From an uncultured Actinomycetes bacterium (GTDB lineage Bacteria; Actinomycetota; Acidimicrobiia; IMCC26256; PALSA-610): a stretch of 64,000 bases of DNA. Below, piece after piece: positions 19,801-29,259 of this stretch. The notes below the pieces were generated by a model, which saw nothing but the letters and a program-made list of their open reading frames with translations, did no database searches and was not told where the DNA came from. The translations under genes were made by a program, and so were the position numbers. Each line of letters starts with the position of its first letter. Position 1 is the stretch's first letter. The stretch lies in assembly GCA_963814995.1 (NCBI GenBank), contig CAWFFF010000005.1, forward strand, positions 320,719 to 384,718, read 5' to 3'.

Positions 19801-21832
19801 CGACAACACCAACGCATGACCATTCACCGACACCGAACCGTCACCGACCGGGTTCTCCACCGACCACAACGACGAATTCAACGACCCCGCATGAAAATCA
19901 TCCGACACCGGCGAACCACCCGCAGACACACGCCGACGTCGTGAACGTCGCATCACCACTCGACGCCGAGTTCGACGACGCATCCGCCGACGTCACCTTG
20001 TAGTGATACGTCGTCGCACACGTCAGCCCCGACACCACCAACGAATGCAACGTCACCAACGACGCCGACGACACATTCGCCCCATAGGCCGCCGTCGACC
20101 CCGAATCGACCCGCGACGACGACACCTCGTCGGTCGCCCACCCAACCGTCGCCGACGTCTGCGACGGCGTCGCCGTCACCCCCGAGATCACCGGCGGCGT
20201 CGTGTCCGTCACCGATCCGTCTTCGGGGACGATCGGGCTCGCAGTGTTGAAGAAATAATCGACAGTCGCGGTCCACGCCGGCGGCGGCGAACCCGCGTTC
20301 CCCGCATACGGCCCCACCTTCGCGACCGTCATCGCGAACGAGAACGACCCACCCGTCAACCACGTCACACCATCAAGCGAATACGTGAACAACCACGTCG
20401 AACCCGTCCGCTTCACCCGCAACCAGAACGGCGCAGGCGCCGACGCCAACGTCGTCGCAACCTTCACCGACGCAGTCGCACCCGACACCGACGCCGCGAA
20501 CAAGATGACCTGACCGCCACCCGCGTTGAACACATCGAACCGCAACGCAGTCGACGCGTCCTGCTCCACCAGGATCCCCTCATCCTGATACTGCGCCGAA
20601 CCCATCGACTCGAACTTCGACTCCACCTCGAAATCCGAATTCGCGACCGGCTGCACCACCCGCAACGCATGCAAACCCGACGCCCAAGAGTCGTGCTCCA
20701 CCCCACCCGGCACCGACAACACCAACGCATGACCATTCACCGACACCGAACCGTCACCGACCGGGTTCTCCACCGACCACAACGACGAATTCAACGACCC
20801 CGCATGAAAATCATCCGACACCGGCGAACCACCCGCAGCACACGCCGACGTCGTGAACGTCGCATCACCACTCGACGCCGAGTTCGACGACGCATCCGCC
20901 GACGTCACCTTGTAGTGATACGTCGTCGCACACGTCAGCCCCGACACCACCAACGAATGCAACGTCACCAACGACGCCGACGACACATTCGCCCCATAGG
21001 CCGCCGTCGACCCCGAATCAACCCGCGACGACGACACCTCGTCGGTCGCCCACCCAACCGTCGCCGACGTCTGCGACGGCGTCGCCGTCACCCCCGAGAT
21101 CACCGGCGGCGTCGTGTCCGTCACCGATCCGTCTTCGGGGACGATCGGGCTCGCAGTGTTGAAGAAATAATCGACAGTCGCGGTCCACGCCGGCGGCGGC
21201 GAACCCGCGTTCCCCGCATACGGCCCCACCTTCGCGACCGTCATCGCGAACGAGAACGACCCACCCGTCAACCACGTCACACCATCAAGCGAATACGTGA
21301 ACAACCACGTCGAACCCGTCCGCTTCACCCGCAACCAGAACGGCGCAGGCGCCGACGCCAACGTCGTCGCAACCTTCACCGACGCAGTCGCACCCGACAC
21401 CGACGCCGCGAACAAGATGACCTGACCGCCACCCGCGTTGAACACATCGAACCGCAACGCAGTCGACGCGTCCTGCTCCACCAGGATCCCCTCATCCTGA
21501 TACTGCGCCGAACCCATCGACTCGAACTTCGACTCCACCTCGAAATCCGAATTCGCGACCGGCTGCACCACCCGCAACGCATGCAAACCCGACGCCCAAG
21601 AGTCGTGCTCCACCCCACCCGGCACCGACAACACCAACGCATGACCATTCACCGACACCGAACCGTCACCGACCGGGTTCTCCACCGACCACAACGACGA
21701 ATTCAACGACCCCGCATGAAAATCATCCGACACCGGCGAACCACCCGCAGCCGCGGCGGTGTGCATCGGGAGTGCGGCGACGAGGGCAACGGCAACGACG
21801 ACAGCCAGGGCCCGAATACGTCGAATTCTCAC
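16777..21832 (-). pseudogene. Giant secreted LamG/ConA-like + FN3 repeat protein, about 1680 aa if repaired; frame broken at six or more points
   Basis: The GTG at 21832 is preceded by GGGAGGG. Signal peptide VRIRRIRALAVVVAVALVAALPMHTAAA. Three (LamG-like 205 aa + FN3 99 aa) units follow, then a fourth LamG, a fifth diverged LamG, Ig-like domains and a C-terminal ConA-like region (16777..18018). Frame changes occur at about 19926, 19008-19014, 18817, 18205-18215, 18083 and 18020. Confidence 0.75.
18389..21749. repeat. Near-identical tandem repeat, 3.7 copies, periods 912, 913 and 914 bp
   Basis: The marker string CATGAAAATCATCCGACACCGGCGAACCACCCG starts at 21715, 20803, 19890 and 18976. The copies are almost identical by eye except at the unit junctions and around 18810-18860. 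Confidence 0.9.
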
Positions 21833-22078
21833 CGCAACCGCCCTCCCGCTTCCTGAAACTCTAGCGCGCGATCTCACGCAGAGCGATGGCATCCGCGCCT
21901 TTGCCACGGCACGCGCGAGGGTGTGCGGGTCCCCGACAGGGAAACGACGCCAGCGCCCGGGCCGTTCGCGCCCCTGGAAACTGTCGTTCGCGGTGCCGAT
22001 AGAGACGAGACTCCGCGAGAGCCGCGAAACGGCGACCCGGTAGCATCACCAGTTCGAAGCCCAAATTTTGGAGCCGGC

Positions 22079-23611
22079 GTGGTCAAGAAAGTGGTGACCG
22101 AGGCGCCCACCGCATCGGTGGAAGAGCTCTCGGGCCGATCGCTCCTGACCGGCGGGATGTGGGTCATGGCGAGCCGGGCGCTCCCCCAGGTCTACGTCCT
22201 GGTCTCTTCGATCCTCATCGCACGATTCCTCACCGTCGGCGACATGGGTCGCCAGAGCTACATCTCGTTCGTCCAGCTCTCCCTGATCCTGATCTGCAGC
22301 TTCGGATTCAGCGGCGCCCTGATCCGCTACGGCGGTGAGCTGCTCGGCCAGGGACGGCTGTCGACGCTGCGCGGCCTGATCTGGTGGACGACCAAGATCC
22401 AGATCGGTGGAGCGTTGATCACCTTCTTGGTGATGGGTGGAATCGGCCTCTTCGGCCACAGCCTTCGTGCGGCCTGGCTGTGGGCTGCCGTCGGCACCGC
22501 CTTCTCCACGTTCCAGAACGTGCCGAACGGAGTGCTCAGCGTGTTGCGACGCTGGCGGGAGGGTTCGATCATCACGCTCGCCGTCGGGCTCGCCTTCACC
22601 GTCGGGATCGCAGTCGCGCTCGCGCTGGGCGGAGGCGTCGCGGGCGTGTTCGCGGTCGGTGCGGTGCTCTCGATCATCGCAACGCTGTGGACCACCTGGA
22701 TCGCGCAGAAGTACCTCCACTCGGTGGCGCCGGTGTCCGAGCCGAGCCCGGAGCTCTACCGCCCGATGATCGGATACGCGCTGACGATCTGGGCGGGATA
22801 TCTCCTTACCCTTGTCGTGCTGCGGCGTTCCGAGTTCTTCTTCTTGGAGCGCTACACGTCGGCGAACGCGATCGCCTACTACTCGGTCGCGTTCGCGGTG
22901 GTCGCCGGCCTCGCGTCCGCCGTCGAGTCGCTGGGCGGCGTCGTGTCACCGACGGTCGCCGCGCTGCACGGTGCGGGCGACTCCGACCGCATCAACTCGG
23001 GATTCTCGAGAGCGCTGCGCTTCGTGCTGCTCGTCGCCATTCCCATCAGCACGTTCGGCATCGTGTTCGGCCCAGCGGTCATCCGCGTCGTGTACGGCTC
23101 CGCGTACGGCCGCACGGCGTCACCACTGCGGATCATGCTCCTCGCCTTCCCGATCATCGCGTTGATGACGCTCTGCAGCGGGCTTCTCTGGGGAGTCGGC
23201 CACGTGCGCGTCTGGTTGGTCGTGTTCTGTTTCGCGGCTGTCGTCGACGTCGCGCTCGACTTCCTGCTTGTTCCCAGTCACGCCGAAGTGGGCGCGGCTT
23301 GGGCGAACAACAGTGCCCAGGTGTTCGCCTCGGTGCTCGTGGTCGGATACACGATCAAGAAGTTCGGTCCGTTCGACTGGCAGGCGAACGTCTTGATGCG
23401 CGCCCTCATCGCGGCATCGTTCGCGGCGGGAGGCGGTTGGTGCTGCATCGTCCTCGTCGACGGCGCCAAGGGAATCGCGATCGGGGCGGGAGTAGCGATG
23501 GCCCTCTTCGTCGGGCTCTCCCGGCTCCTGCGGACCGTCCCCTCGGCCGACGCGGCGTGGATCATCGACTCGGTGCACGGCCGCTTCGCGCGCGGGTCGC
23601 GAACACACTGA
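22079..23611 (+). CDS. Polysaccharide/oligosaccharide flippase (Wzx, MOP superfamily)
   Basis: Twelve or more hydrophobic helices throughout. The layout is typical of Wzx, with a basic N-terminus (...GGMWVMASRALPQVYVLVSSILIARFL). The GTG at 22079 has GGAG 8 nt upstream. Confidence 0.8.
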   Translation: MVKKVVTEAPTASVEELSGRSLLTGGMWVMASRALPQVYVLVSSILIARFLTVGDMGRQSYISFVQLSLILICSFGFSGALIRYGGELLGQGRLSTLRGLIWWTTKIQIGGALITFLVMGGIGLFGHSLRAAWLWAAVGTAFSTFQNVPNGVLSVLRRWREGSIITLAVGLAFTVGIAVALALGGGVAGVFAVGAVLSIIATLWTTWIAQKYLHSVAPVSEPSPELYRPMIGYALTIWAGYLLTLVVLRRSEFFFLERYTSANAIAYYSVAFAVVAGLASAVESLGGVVSPTVAALHGAGDSDRINSGFSRALRFVLLVAIPISTFGIVFGPAVIRVVYGSAYGRTASPLRIMLLAFPIIALMTLCSGLLWGVGHVRVWLVVFCFAAVVDVALDFLLVPSHAEVGAAWANNSAQVFASVLVVGYTIKKFGPFDWQANVLMRALIAASFAAGGGWCCIVLVDGAKGIAIGAGVAMALFVGLSRLLRTVPSADAAWIIDSVHGRFARGSRTH

Positions 23612-23689
23612 TGCGCGCGGCGTCGGCCCCGGCATCGCCTCTCGCCGCCCCCGGCGCGCAGTGCGTCGAACACTGAGATCGGTACCCGG

Positions 23690-24988
23690 ATGCGTGTCGC
23701 CTTCGTCAACCAGCCCATCGATCGCATCCTGCCGCCCATCCAGAATTCGGTCGGCGCCTGTACATACGGGCTCGGCGGTGCAATCGCGGCCGGTACCGAC
23801 GTCACCGTCTACGGGCGCCGCAACGGTCAGTTCGGCACCGTCGCCGAGCATGAGACGCACGACGGAATGACCTTCCGGTTCCGTGACGTGCCGCGGCCAG
23901 ATCGCCTGCTGTTTCGCTACTACGACCGCATCTCACCCAAGCTCCGCGTCTTCAACCACGGCATGAACCCGCCGGTCTCCTCGTCGCCGGCCTTGTTCCC
24001 GATCTACACGCACAGGGTCGCCCGCGAGGTCGGCGAGGCACGCCACGACGTCGTGCACATCCAGCACAGCACGCAGTTCGTCCGGCCGATCAGGGCACGA
24101 AGCGCCGGCGCGGTCGTGCTCCAACTCCACGCCGAGCTCTACCCGCAGAACAACCTGCGGGCCATCGAACGCCGGCTCGTCGCCGCCGACCTCGTCGTCT
24201 CGGTCAGCGACTACATCACGGAGCTGACGCGCCGGCAGCTCCCGCAGCTCGCCGACCGGTGCCACACCTTGCCGAACGGCATCGACCCCGACGAATTCAG
24301 GGCCGCCAAGGACCATCGCAACCGCACGGGGCCGGTCACGATCATGTTCGCGGGGTCGGTCTCGCCGCACAAAGGCCTGCACCTGCTCATCGATGCGTAC
24401 GCACGCGTCGCGCAGATCCACCCCGACACTCGGCTCCAGATCGTGGGCCCGCTGCACACGGTCCCGCCCTCGGAGACCTTTCCCATGGACGATCCCGCGC
24501 TGGTGCGCAGGATCGCGGCGCTCTACGAAGGCAACTACGCCGAACAACTGCGCGAGCAGATTCCCCGCGAGCTGCGCGACCGCGTCGAGATCACGGATGC
24601 CCTTCCCCGCTCCGAATTGCTCGCGCGCTACGCGGCCGCGGACATCTTCGTGTTCCCTCCCATCTGGGACGAAGGCTTCGGGCTCCCACCCGTCGAAGCG
24701 ATGGCAGCCGGCGTCCCGGTCGTGGCGTCGCGCTCGGGCGCGGTCGCCGACACGGTGGTCGACGGCGAGACGGGCTTCCTGGTCGACAAGGACGACGTCG
24801 AGGCGTTGACTGTTGCGATGACCCGGCTCGTCGCCGATGCCGACCTGCGCGCCACGATGGGAGAAGCCGCGCGCGCACGCGCGCTCGCGTCGTTCACGTG
24901 GGCCGACGCGGGTACCCGCGCGCTCGACCTGTACGAGCTCGCGCGCAAGATCGCGGCGAGCGACCCGAAGCGCAAGCCGGACGCCTGA
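23690..24988 (+). CDS. Glycosyltransferase family 4 (GT-B), paralog A
   Basis: The C-terminal motif FVFPPIWDEGFGLPPVEAMAAGVPVVASRSGAVADTVVDGETGFLV is the EX7E region of GT4. Similar along its full length to the next gene. Confidence 0.88.
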   Translation: MRVAFVNQPIDRILPPIQNSVGACTYGLGGAIAAGTDVTVYGRRNGQFGTVAEHETHDGMTFRFRDVPRPDRLLFRYYDRISPKLRVFNHGMNPPVSSSPALFPIYTHRVAREVGEARHDVVHIQHSTQFVRPIRARSAGAVVLQLHAELYPQNNLRAIERRLVAADLVVSVSDYITELTRRQLPQLADRCHTLPNGIDPDEFRAAKDHRNRTGPVTIMFAGSVSPHKGLHLLIDAYARVAQIHPDTRLQIVGPLHTVPPSETFPMDDPALVRRIAALYEGNYAEQLREQIPRELRDRVEITDALPRSELLARYAAADIFVFPPIWDEGFGLPPVEAMAAGVPVVASRSGAVADTVVDGETGFLVDKDDVEALTVAMTRLVADADLRATMGEAARARALASFTWADAGTRALDLYELARKIAASDPKRKPDA

Positions 24989-26256
24989 TGCGGATCGCGT
25001 TCGTCAACCAGGCCATCGATCGCGTCATCCCGCCTCTCCAGAATTCGGTCGGGGCATGTACCTACGGGCTGGGTGGAGCACTCGTCCCGACCGATGACAT
25101 CACGGTTTACGCGCGCGGCAACGCGCACGTAGGCGTGGCGCCCGAAGAGAGGCACGTCGGCATGCGCTTCCGCTTCCTCGACGCGCCGCGTGCCGATCGG
25201 GCTCTGTTCCGCTTCTACGACAAGTACTCGCCGCTGCTCCGACCGTTGAACCACGGGATGATCGAGCCGATCTCGTCGTCCGCGACTCTCTTCCCGTTCT
25301 ACACACACGCCGTCGCACGCGAGGTCGGGCGCGTCCGCCCCGACGTCGTGCACGTCCAACACAGCACGCAGTTCGTCCGCCCGCTGAAGCGTCACAGCCC
25401 GGGTTCGGCGGTCGTCCTGCAGCTCCAGGCCGAGTTGTATCCGCAGAACAACCTCCGCGCCATCGCCCGTCGCCTCACGGCCGCAGACGTGATCGCCACA
25501 CCGAGCGACTACGTGACGGCCAAGACGCGTGAACAGCTCCCCCGCCTCGCCGACCGGTGCCACACGCTCGCCGACGGCATCGACCCGCGCGAGTTCCCCG
25601 TCGCGAGGCAGCATCGGGGTCGCACCGGGCCGCTCACGATCATGTTCGCCGGCTCGGTGTCGCCGAACAAGGGCGTGCACGTGCTCATCGACGCGTTCGC
25701 GCGGATCGCCACGAGCCAACCCGACACCAAGCTCGATATCGTCGGCCCGTTGCACACGGTCCCGCTGTCGGAGACCTATCCGATGGACGACGCGCCACTC
25801 ATTGCGCAGGTGTCGCCGTTGTACACCGACGATTACATCGCACGACTGCGCGCGTCCATCCCGGCCGAGCTCGCCGAGCGCGTGTCGATCACCGGCGGCA
25901 TCCCGCGCGCCGAACTCCTCGCGCGCTACGCCGCCGCCGACGTCTTCGTCTTCCCGTCGATCTGGGACGAGGGGTTCGGCCTGCCCCCTGTCGAGGCCAT
26001 GGCCGCCGGGGTACCCGTCGTCGCGACCCGATCGGGTGCGGTGGTCGAGACGGTGCTCGACGGTTCGACCGGCATTCTCGTCGACAAGAACGATCCGGCC
26101 GGGCTCGCGGCCGGGATCGCGCGACTGCTCGACGACGCGGGGCTGCGCGCGTCCATGGGCGAGAACGGGCGCCGCCGCGCGCTCGGAACCTTCACATGGG
26201 AGCATGCGGCTACCCGGGCGCTCGAGCTCTACGAGCTCGCCCGCTCCCGGCGCTGA
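24988..26256 (+). CDS. Glycosyltransferase family 4 (GT-B), paralog B
   Basis: The ATG overlaps the upstream TGA (TGATG at 24986-24990). MRIAFVNQAIDRVIPPLQNSVGACTYGLGG parallels MRVAFVNQPIDRILPPIQNSVGACTYGLGG. Also carries FVFPSIWDEGFGLPPVEAMAAGVPVVATRSGAVVETVLDGSTGILV. Confidence 0.88.
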   Translation: MRIAFVNQAIDRVIPPLQNSVGACTYGLGGALVPTDDITVYARGNAHVGVAPEERHVGMRFRFLDAPRADRALFRFYDKYSPLLRPLNHGMIEPISSSATLFPFYTHAVAREVGRVRPDVVHVQHSTQFVRPLKRHSPGSAVVLQLQAELYPQNNLRAIARRLTAADVIATPSDYVTAKTREQLPRLADRCHTLADGIDPREFPVARQHRGRTGPLTIMFAGSVSPNKGVHVLIDAFARIATSQPDTKLDIVGPLHTVPLSETYPMDDAPLIAQVSPLYTDDYIARLRASIPAELAERVSITGGIPRAELLARYAAADVFVFPSIWDEGFGLPPVEAMAAGVPVVATRSGAVVETVLDGSTGILVDKNDPAGLAAGIARLLDDAGLRASMGENGRRRALGTFTWEHAATRALELYELARSRR

Positions 26257-26260
26257 CCCG

Positions 26261-26282
26261 GCGACACGCGACCCGGTGTCGC
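26261..26282. terminator. Hairpin between convergent genes
   Basis: GCGACAC (26261-26267) pairs with GTGTCGC (26276-26282), giving a 7-bp stem between the stops at 26256 and 26282. Confidence 0.35.
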
Positions 26283-27064
26283 TACCACTCCGACGACTTG
26301 CGCAGCAGTCCGTCGCGGCGGGCGAAGCAGAGGTCGAGCTGGCCGAGCGCGCCGTCGAGCTCCCGACGAGCGAATCCGGCGACGTCGTAGACGACGAAGT
26401 CGCGTTCCTCCATGAAGGCGACGACCTCGGCGAGAAGCGGCGTGTCCGGGAGGAACTCGAACAACGAGACCTCCATCACGAACATCTCGGCAACCTCGAA
26501 CACGCCGGTCGCGCCGCGGAGCGCCTCGAGCTCGAAGCCCTGGATGTCGAGCTTCACGAGTTCCGGCCGGGCGTAGCCCTCGCGCGCCAGCAGTTCGTCG
26601 ATCGTGACGATCGGCACCACCCGGGTGGGCCTGTCGCCGCCGTCGCGATCGGGTGTCAGGAACGACGAGCCGACGAGGTCGTCCCAGATGGTGAGCGTCA
26701 GCTCACCCGAGGTCGAACCGGCGCCGACCTCGAACCAGCGGCAGTTCGACCCGGGCGTGCACAGCGCGTCGAGATAGCCGGCCATCTCGTGCTGGGGCTC
26801 GATCAGGACGAAGCGGGCCTCGGGAAAGACCGAGTGCGCAAGACGGGTCCAGTCGCCGCGGTTGGCGCCGACGTCGAGCACCACGTTGCAACGCAGCCCA
26901 CGCGCGTGGAGGTCGGCGAGGAACGTGCTCATCACGCCGATGCCGCCGGTCTGAGCGAACGAACCGACTCGTTTCACGTCGATGCCGAGACGCGCGAGCC
27001 CGCGCTTGACCACGGATCGCGCTCGGAAGCCCAGCTCGCGGTTCATCGTTCTCCCCAGCTGCAA
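26282..27064 (-). CDS. FkbM-family SAM-dependent methyltransferase
   Basis: VVLDVGANRGDWT (SAM motif I), VKLDIQGFELEALRGA (the FkbM hallmark). Last gene of the peptide-PqqD-ABC string. Confidence 0.8.
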   Translation of the reverse strand: MQLGRTMNRELGFRARSVVKRGLARLGIDVKRVGSFAQTGGIGVMSTFLADLHARGLRCNVVLDVGANRGDWTRLAHSVFPEARFVLIEPQHEMAGYLDALCTPGSNCRWFEVGAGSTSGELTLTIWDDLVGSSFLTPDRDGGDRPTRVVPIVTIDELLAREGYARPELVKLDIQGFELEALRGATGVFEVAEMFVMEVSLFEFLPDTPLLAEVVAFMEERDFVVYDVAGFARRELDGALGQLDLCFARRDGLLRKSSEW

Positions 27065-27121
27065 TCGCGTTTCACGCCTGCTCGACGATAGTCGAGCAGG
27101 CTCTGCCGTCTGATCGTCACG

Positions 27122-27970
27122 TCAGTACGACCCGAGCGTTCCGGTGACGCGCGCGACACGCAACGCCTTCTTCAAAGCGATGAGTGACAACGGGAGCAGC
27201 ACGACCGCGAACGCGACGAGAATCGCGTAGTCGGTCCCGACCTGGGTGATCGACTGACCGTTGATGAGCCCTTCGCGCAGGACCTGCAGCGCGTAGAACG
27301 GCGGGAGTACGTGCGCGACACCCTGCAGGACGCCGGGCAGCACCGCGATGGGGAACAGCGCACCGGCGAGAAAGTTCGTCGTCTGCGTGACGACCGGCGT
27401 GAACGGATCGCCGCGCTTGCTGAGCACGATGAACGCGGCCGAGACGGCGCCGATCGCCGCGAACAGCGCGAGCGTGGGTGGCAACGCGAGCAGCGCGGTG
27501 AGGATTCCCTGCGCCTGGAACTGCGCGCCCAGGGCGACGATCGCGAAGAAGAAGACGAAGAGGATCTCGACCAGCGCGAATCCCAGTGGAACGACGAGCG
27601 AGCCGATGAACAGCGTCGGCAGCGCGGTGGGTGTTGCCAGCAGGACCTCGAGCGTCCCGCTCGTCTGCTCCGCCCGAATCGTCTCGGTGAACGCGCCGAG
27701 GCCGACGCTCGAGATCGCCCCGAGCAGCAGACCGATGACGACGAACTCGAAGTACCGACCTCCGTATTGCGACAGGTGGCTGGGATCCACGATCTTGCTG
27801 ATGAAGTAGTACGCCGCGACGCTCGCGACGATGGAGAACGCGCGCGAGATCAGCGCGAACTGATACGAGATCTCGACCCAGAAATCCCTCGTGGCGATCG
27901 CGCGGATCTGCGCGAACGGTGTCGATCCCAAGACGCTCGGAATCTGGTCGGCCGGGCTCGGCGCGGTCAC
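27122..27970 (-). CDS. ABC-2 type transporter permease
   Basis: Six predicted TM helices. The GTG at 27970 overlaps the ATPase stop (GTGA). ABC-2 style sequence, e.g. EQTSGTLEVLLATP. Confidence 0.8.
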   Translation of the reverse strand: MTAPSPADQIPSVLGSTPFAQIRAIATRDFWVEISYQFALISRAFSIVASVAAYYFISKIVDPSHLSQYGGRYFEFVVIGLLLGAISSVGLGAFTETIRAEQTSGTLEVLLATPTALPTLFIGSLVVPLGFALVEILFVFFFAIVALGAQFQAQGILTALLALPPTLALFAAIGAVSAAFIVLSKRGDPFTPVVTQTTNFLAGALFPIAVLPGVLQGVAHVLPPFYALQVLREGLINGQSITQVGTDYAILVAFAVVLLPLSLIALKKALRVARVTGTLGSY

Positions 27971-28738
27971 GACTCGCTCACCTCGCGCTCGAGGATCTCG
28001 AGGAGCTCCCGCGCCGCGACGTGGTAGTCGCCGTCTCCTATGCGCCCGACGTGACGCACGCTCCCGTCGATGAGCATGACCACGCGGTCGCACCACGTCG
28101 CGACCTCGTCCAGCCGATGGCTCGACAACAACACCGATCGGCCGGCGTCGGCCTGTTCGCGCAGCAACCTGCCGACGGTGACGCTCGCGATGGGGTCGAG
28201 GCTTCGGGTCGGCTCGTCGAGCACGATGAGTGCGGGCTCGGGCATCACGGCCCGCGCCACGTTCGAGCGCGGCGCGCATACCCGACGAGTAACCCATGAC
28301 CCGTCGATCGCGGTCGGCGAGCCCCAGCCGTTCCAGGAGCTCCGTGGCGCGGCGGCGAGCCTCCGGGAGCGGCAACCCGTCCAGCACGCCGAAGAACTCC
28401 AGGTTCTGGCGGCCGTCGAGACGCCAGTACGTCGCGCGGTCGCCGCTCAGCACGAGGCCGAGCTTCTTGCGCGCCTCACGCGGCGACGCGAAGACGTCGA
28501 TCCCGTCGATCGACACCGAGCCCGACGACGGCTCCAACAACGTGCTGATGATCTTGAGCAGGGTCGTCTTCCCGGCGCCGTTCGGGCCGACCAACCCGAC
28601 GATCTCTCCCGACTGCACGTCGAAGGTCACGTCGTGCAGCGCGTCGACGGTCTTCGTGGACGCGACCCGAACGAAGGGCCGCAGGTACCACGGCGCGCGC
28701 ATGTACTGCTTGCCGACTCCCTCGATCTGCAAGCTCAC
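27967..28738 (-). pseudogene. ABC transporter ATP-binding protein, frame broken near 28262-28266
   Basis: Walker A GPNGAGKTTLLK, Q-loop region and signature YSSGMRAAL are in the 27122..28738 frame. The continuation NVARAVMPEPALIVLDEPTRSLD (Walker B) and SSHRLDE (H-loop) are in the 27967..28260 frame. One extra base separates them. Confidence 0.8.
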
Positions 28739-28753
28739 GGCTGCAGCCGATCG

Positions 28754-29026
28754 TCAGTCGGTGGGTGACACGAAACCGAGGTGGACGAGTTCATCGAGGA
28801 AGGTTTCGACGTCCGTGGTCGCTTGCGTGAGGCTCACTTCGGGAAACGCCTCGTGCACGACCTCGGCCAGGCGGGAAACCGACGTCGGCGCCGAGGCCAG
28901 GGTCCGCCAGATCAACGAACCGACGGGGTTCAGAGTGACCAGCTCGCTCGACGCCTGGTCGATGAGCATCACCTTGACGTCGACCTGCTCCCACAAGACA
29001 CCGCTCGCGACATCGAAGTTCGGCAC
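28754..29026 (-). CDS. PqqD-family protein (RiPP recognition element-type peptide chaperone fold)
   Basis: 90 aa. Pattern ...VMLIDQASSELVTLNPVGSLIWRTL....SVSRLAEVVHEAF.EVSLTQATTDVETFLDELVHLGFV is typical of PqqD/RRE domains. The GTG start is preceded by GAGGAAGAG. Confidence 0.75.
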   Translation of the reverse strand: MPNFDVASGVLWEQVDVKVMLIDQASSELVTLNPVGSLIWRTLASAPTSVSRLAEVVHEAFPEVSLTQATTDVETFLDELVHLGFVSPTD

Positions 29027-29092
29027 GTCTCTTCCTCGTTCCGAGCGCTGCTCTTACGAGCCGGTGTTCCGAGCCGAGTGTTCCGAGCGAGC

Positions 29093-29120
29093 GTTGCCCG
29101 CGGCCCGTACCGCGGACAAC
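29093..29120 (-). terminator. Strong stem-loop 29 nt downstream of the small ORF (attenuator or processing-type hairpin)
   Basis: The minus strand reads GTTGTCCGCGG-TACGGG-CCGCGGGCAAC: an 11-bp stem (one G-U pair) and a 6-nt loop. No U-tract. Confidence 0.45.
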
Positions 29121-29148
29121 GACCCCGCCCGATTCTCTTGCTTCCCCG

Positions 29149-29259
29149 CTAGCGGTGCGTGGGGGGGCAGTAGCTGCCCTGGGTGCGGGTCAGAAGACCG
29201 GCAACGTCCTCACGACGCTCGACTGCGGGCGACGTGTACTTGCTGGTGTGGTCCGTCAC
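29149..29259 (-). CDS. Candidate 36-aa precursor-like peptide MTDHTSKYTSPAVERREDVAGLLTRTQGSYCPPTHR
   Basis: The GTG at 29259 has GGGAGG 9 nt upstream (TGGGAGGAAATTCTCCGTG); TAG stop at 29149-29151. It lies immediately upstream of, and co-directional with, the PqqD gene. There is no homology evidence; the call rests on position and the RBS only. Confidence 0.4.
   Translation of the reverse strand: MTDHTSKYTSPAVERREDVAGLLTRTQGSYCPPTHR

Noticed and set aside
19898-19930. Programmed ribosomal frameshifting at the repeat junctions
   Set aside because: There is no slippery heptamer or downstream structure at the junctions. The three junctions differ from one another by simple 1-2 nt indels in a TG/GC-rich stretch, which fits mutation or assembly error better.
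18389-21749. CRISPR array or mobile-element repeats
   Set aside because: The repeats are 912-914 bp, directly abutting, and encode protein domains in one frame. There are no short repeat/spacer units, no cas genes and no transposase or integrase genes in the window.
18160-21856. Very long plus-strand ORFs (18160..19944 at 594 aa, 20003..21856 at 617 aa) opposite the repeat gene
   Set aside because: Their translations are almost pure Arg/His/Pro low-complexity sequence (RRRRRT...), repeat only because the DNA repeats, and lie antisense to a motif-rich LamG/FN3 frame. These are typical GC-driven shadow ORFs.
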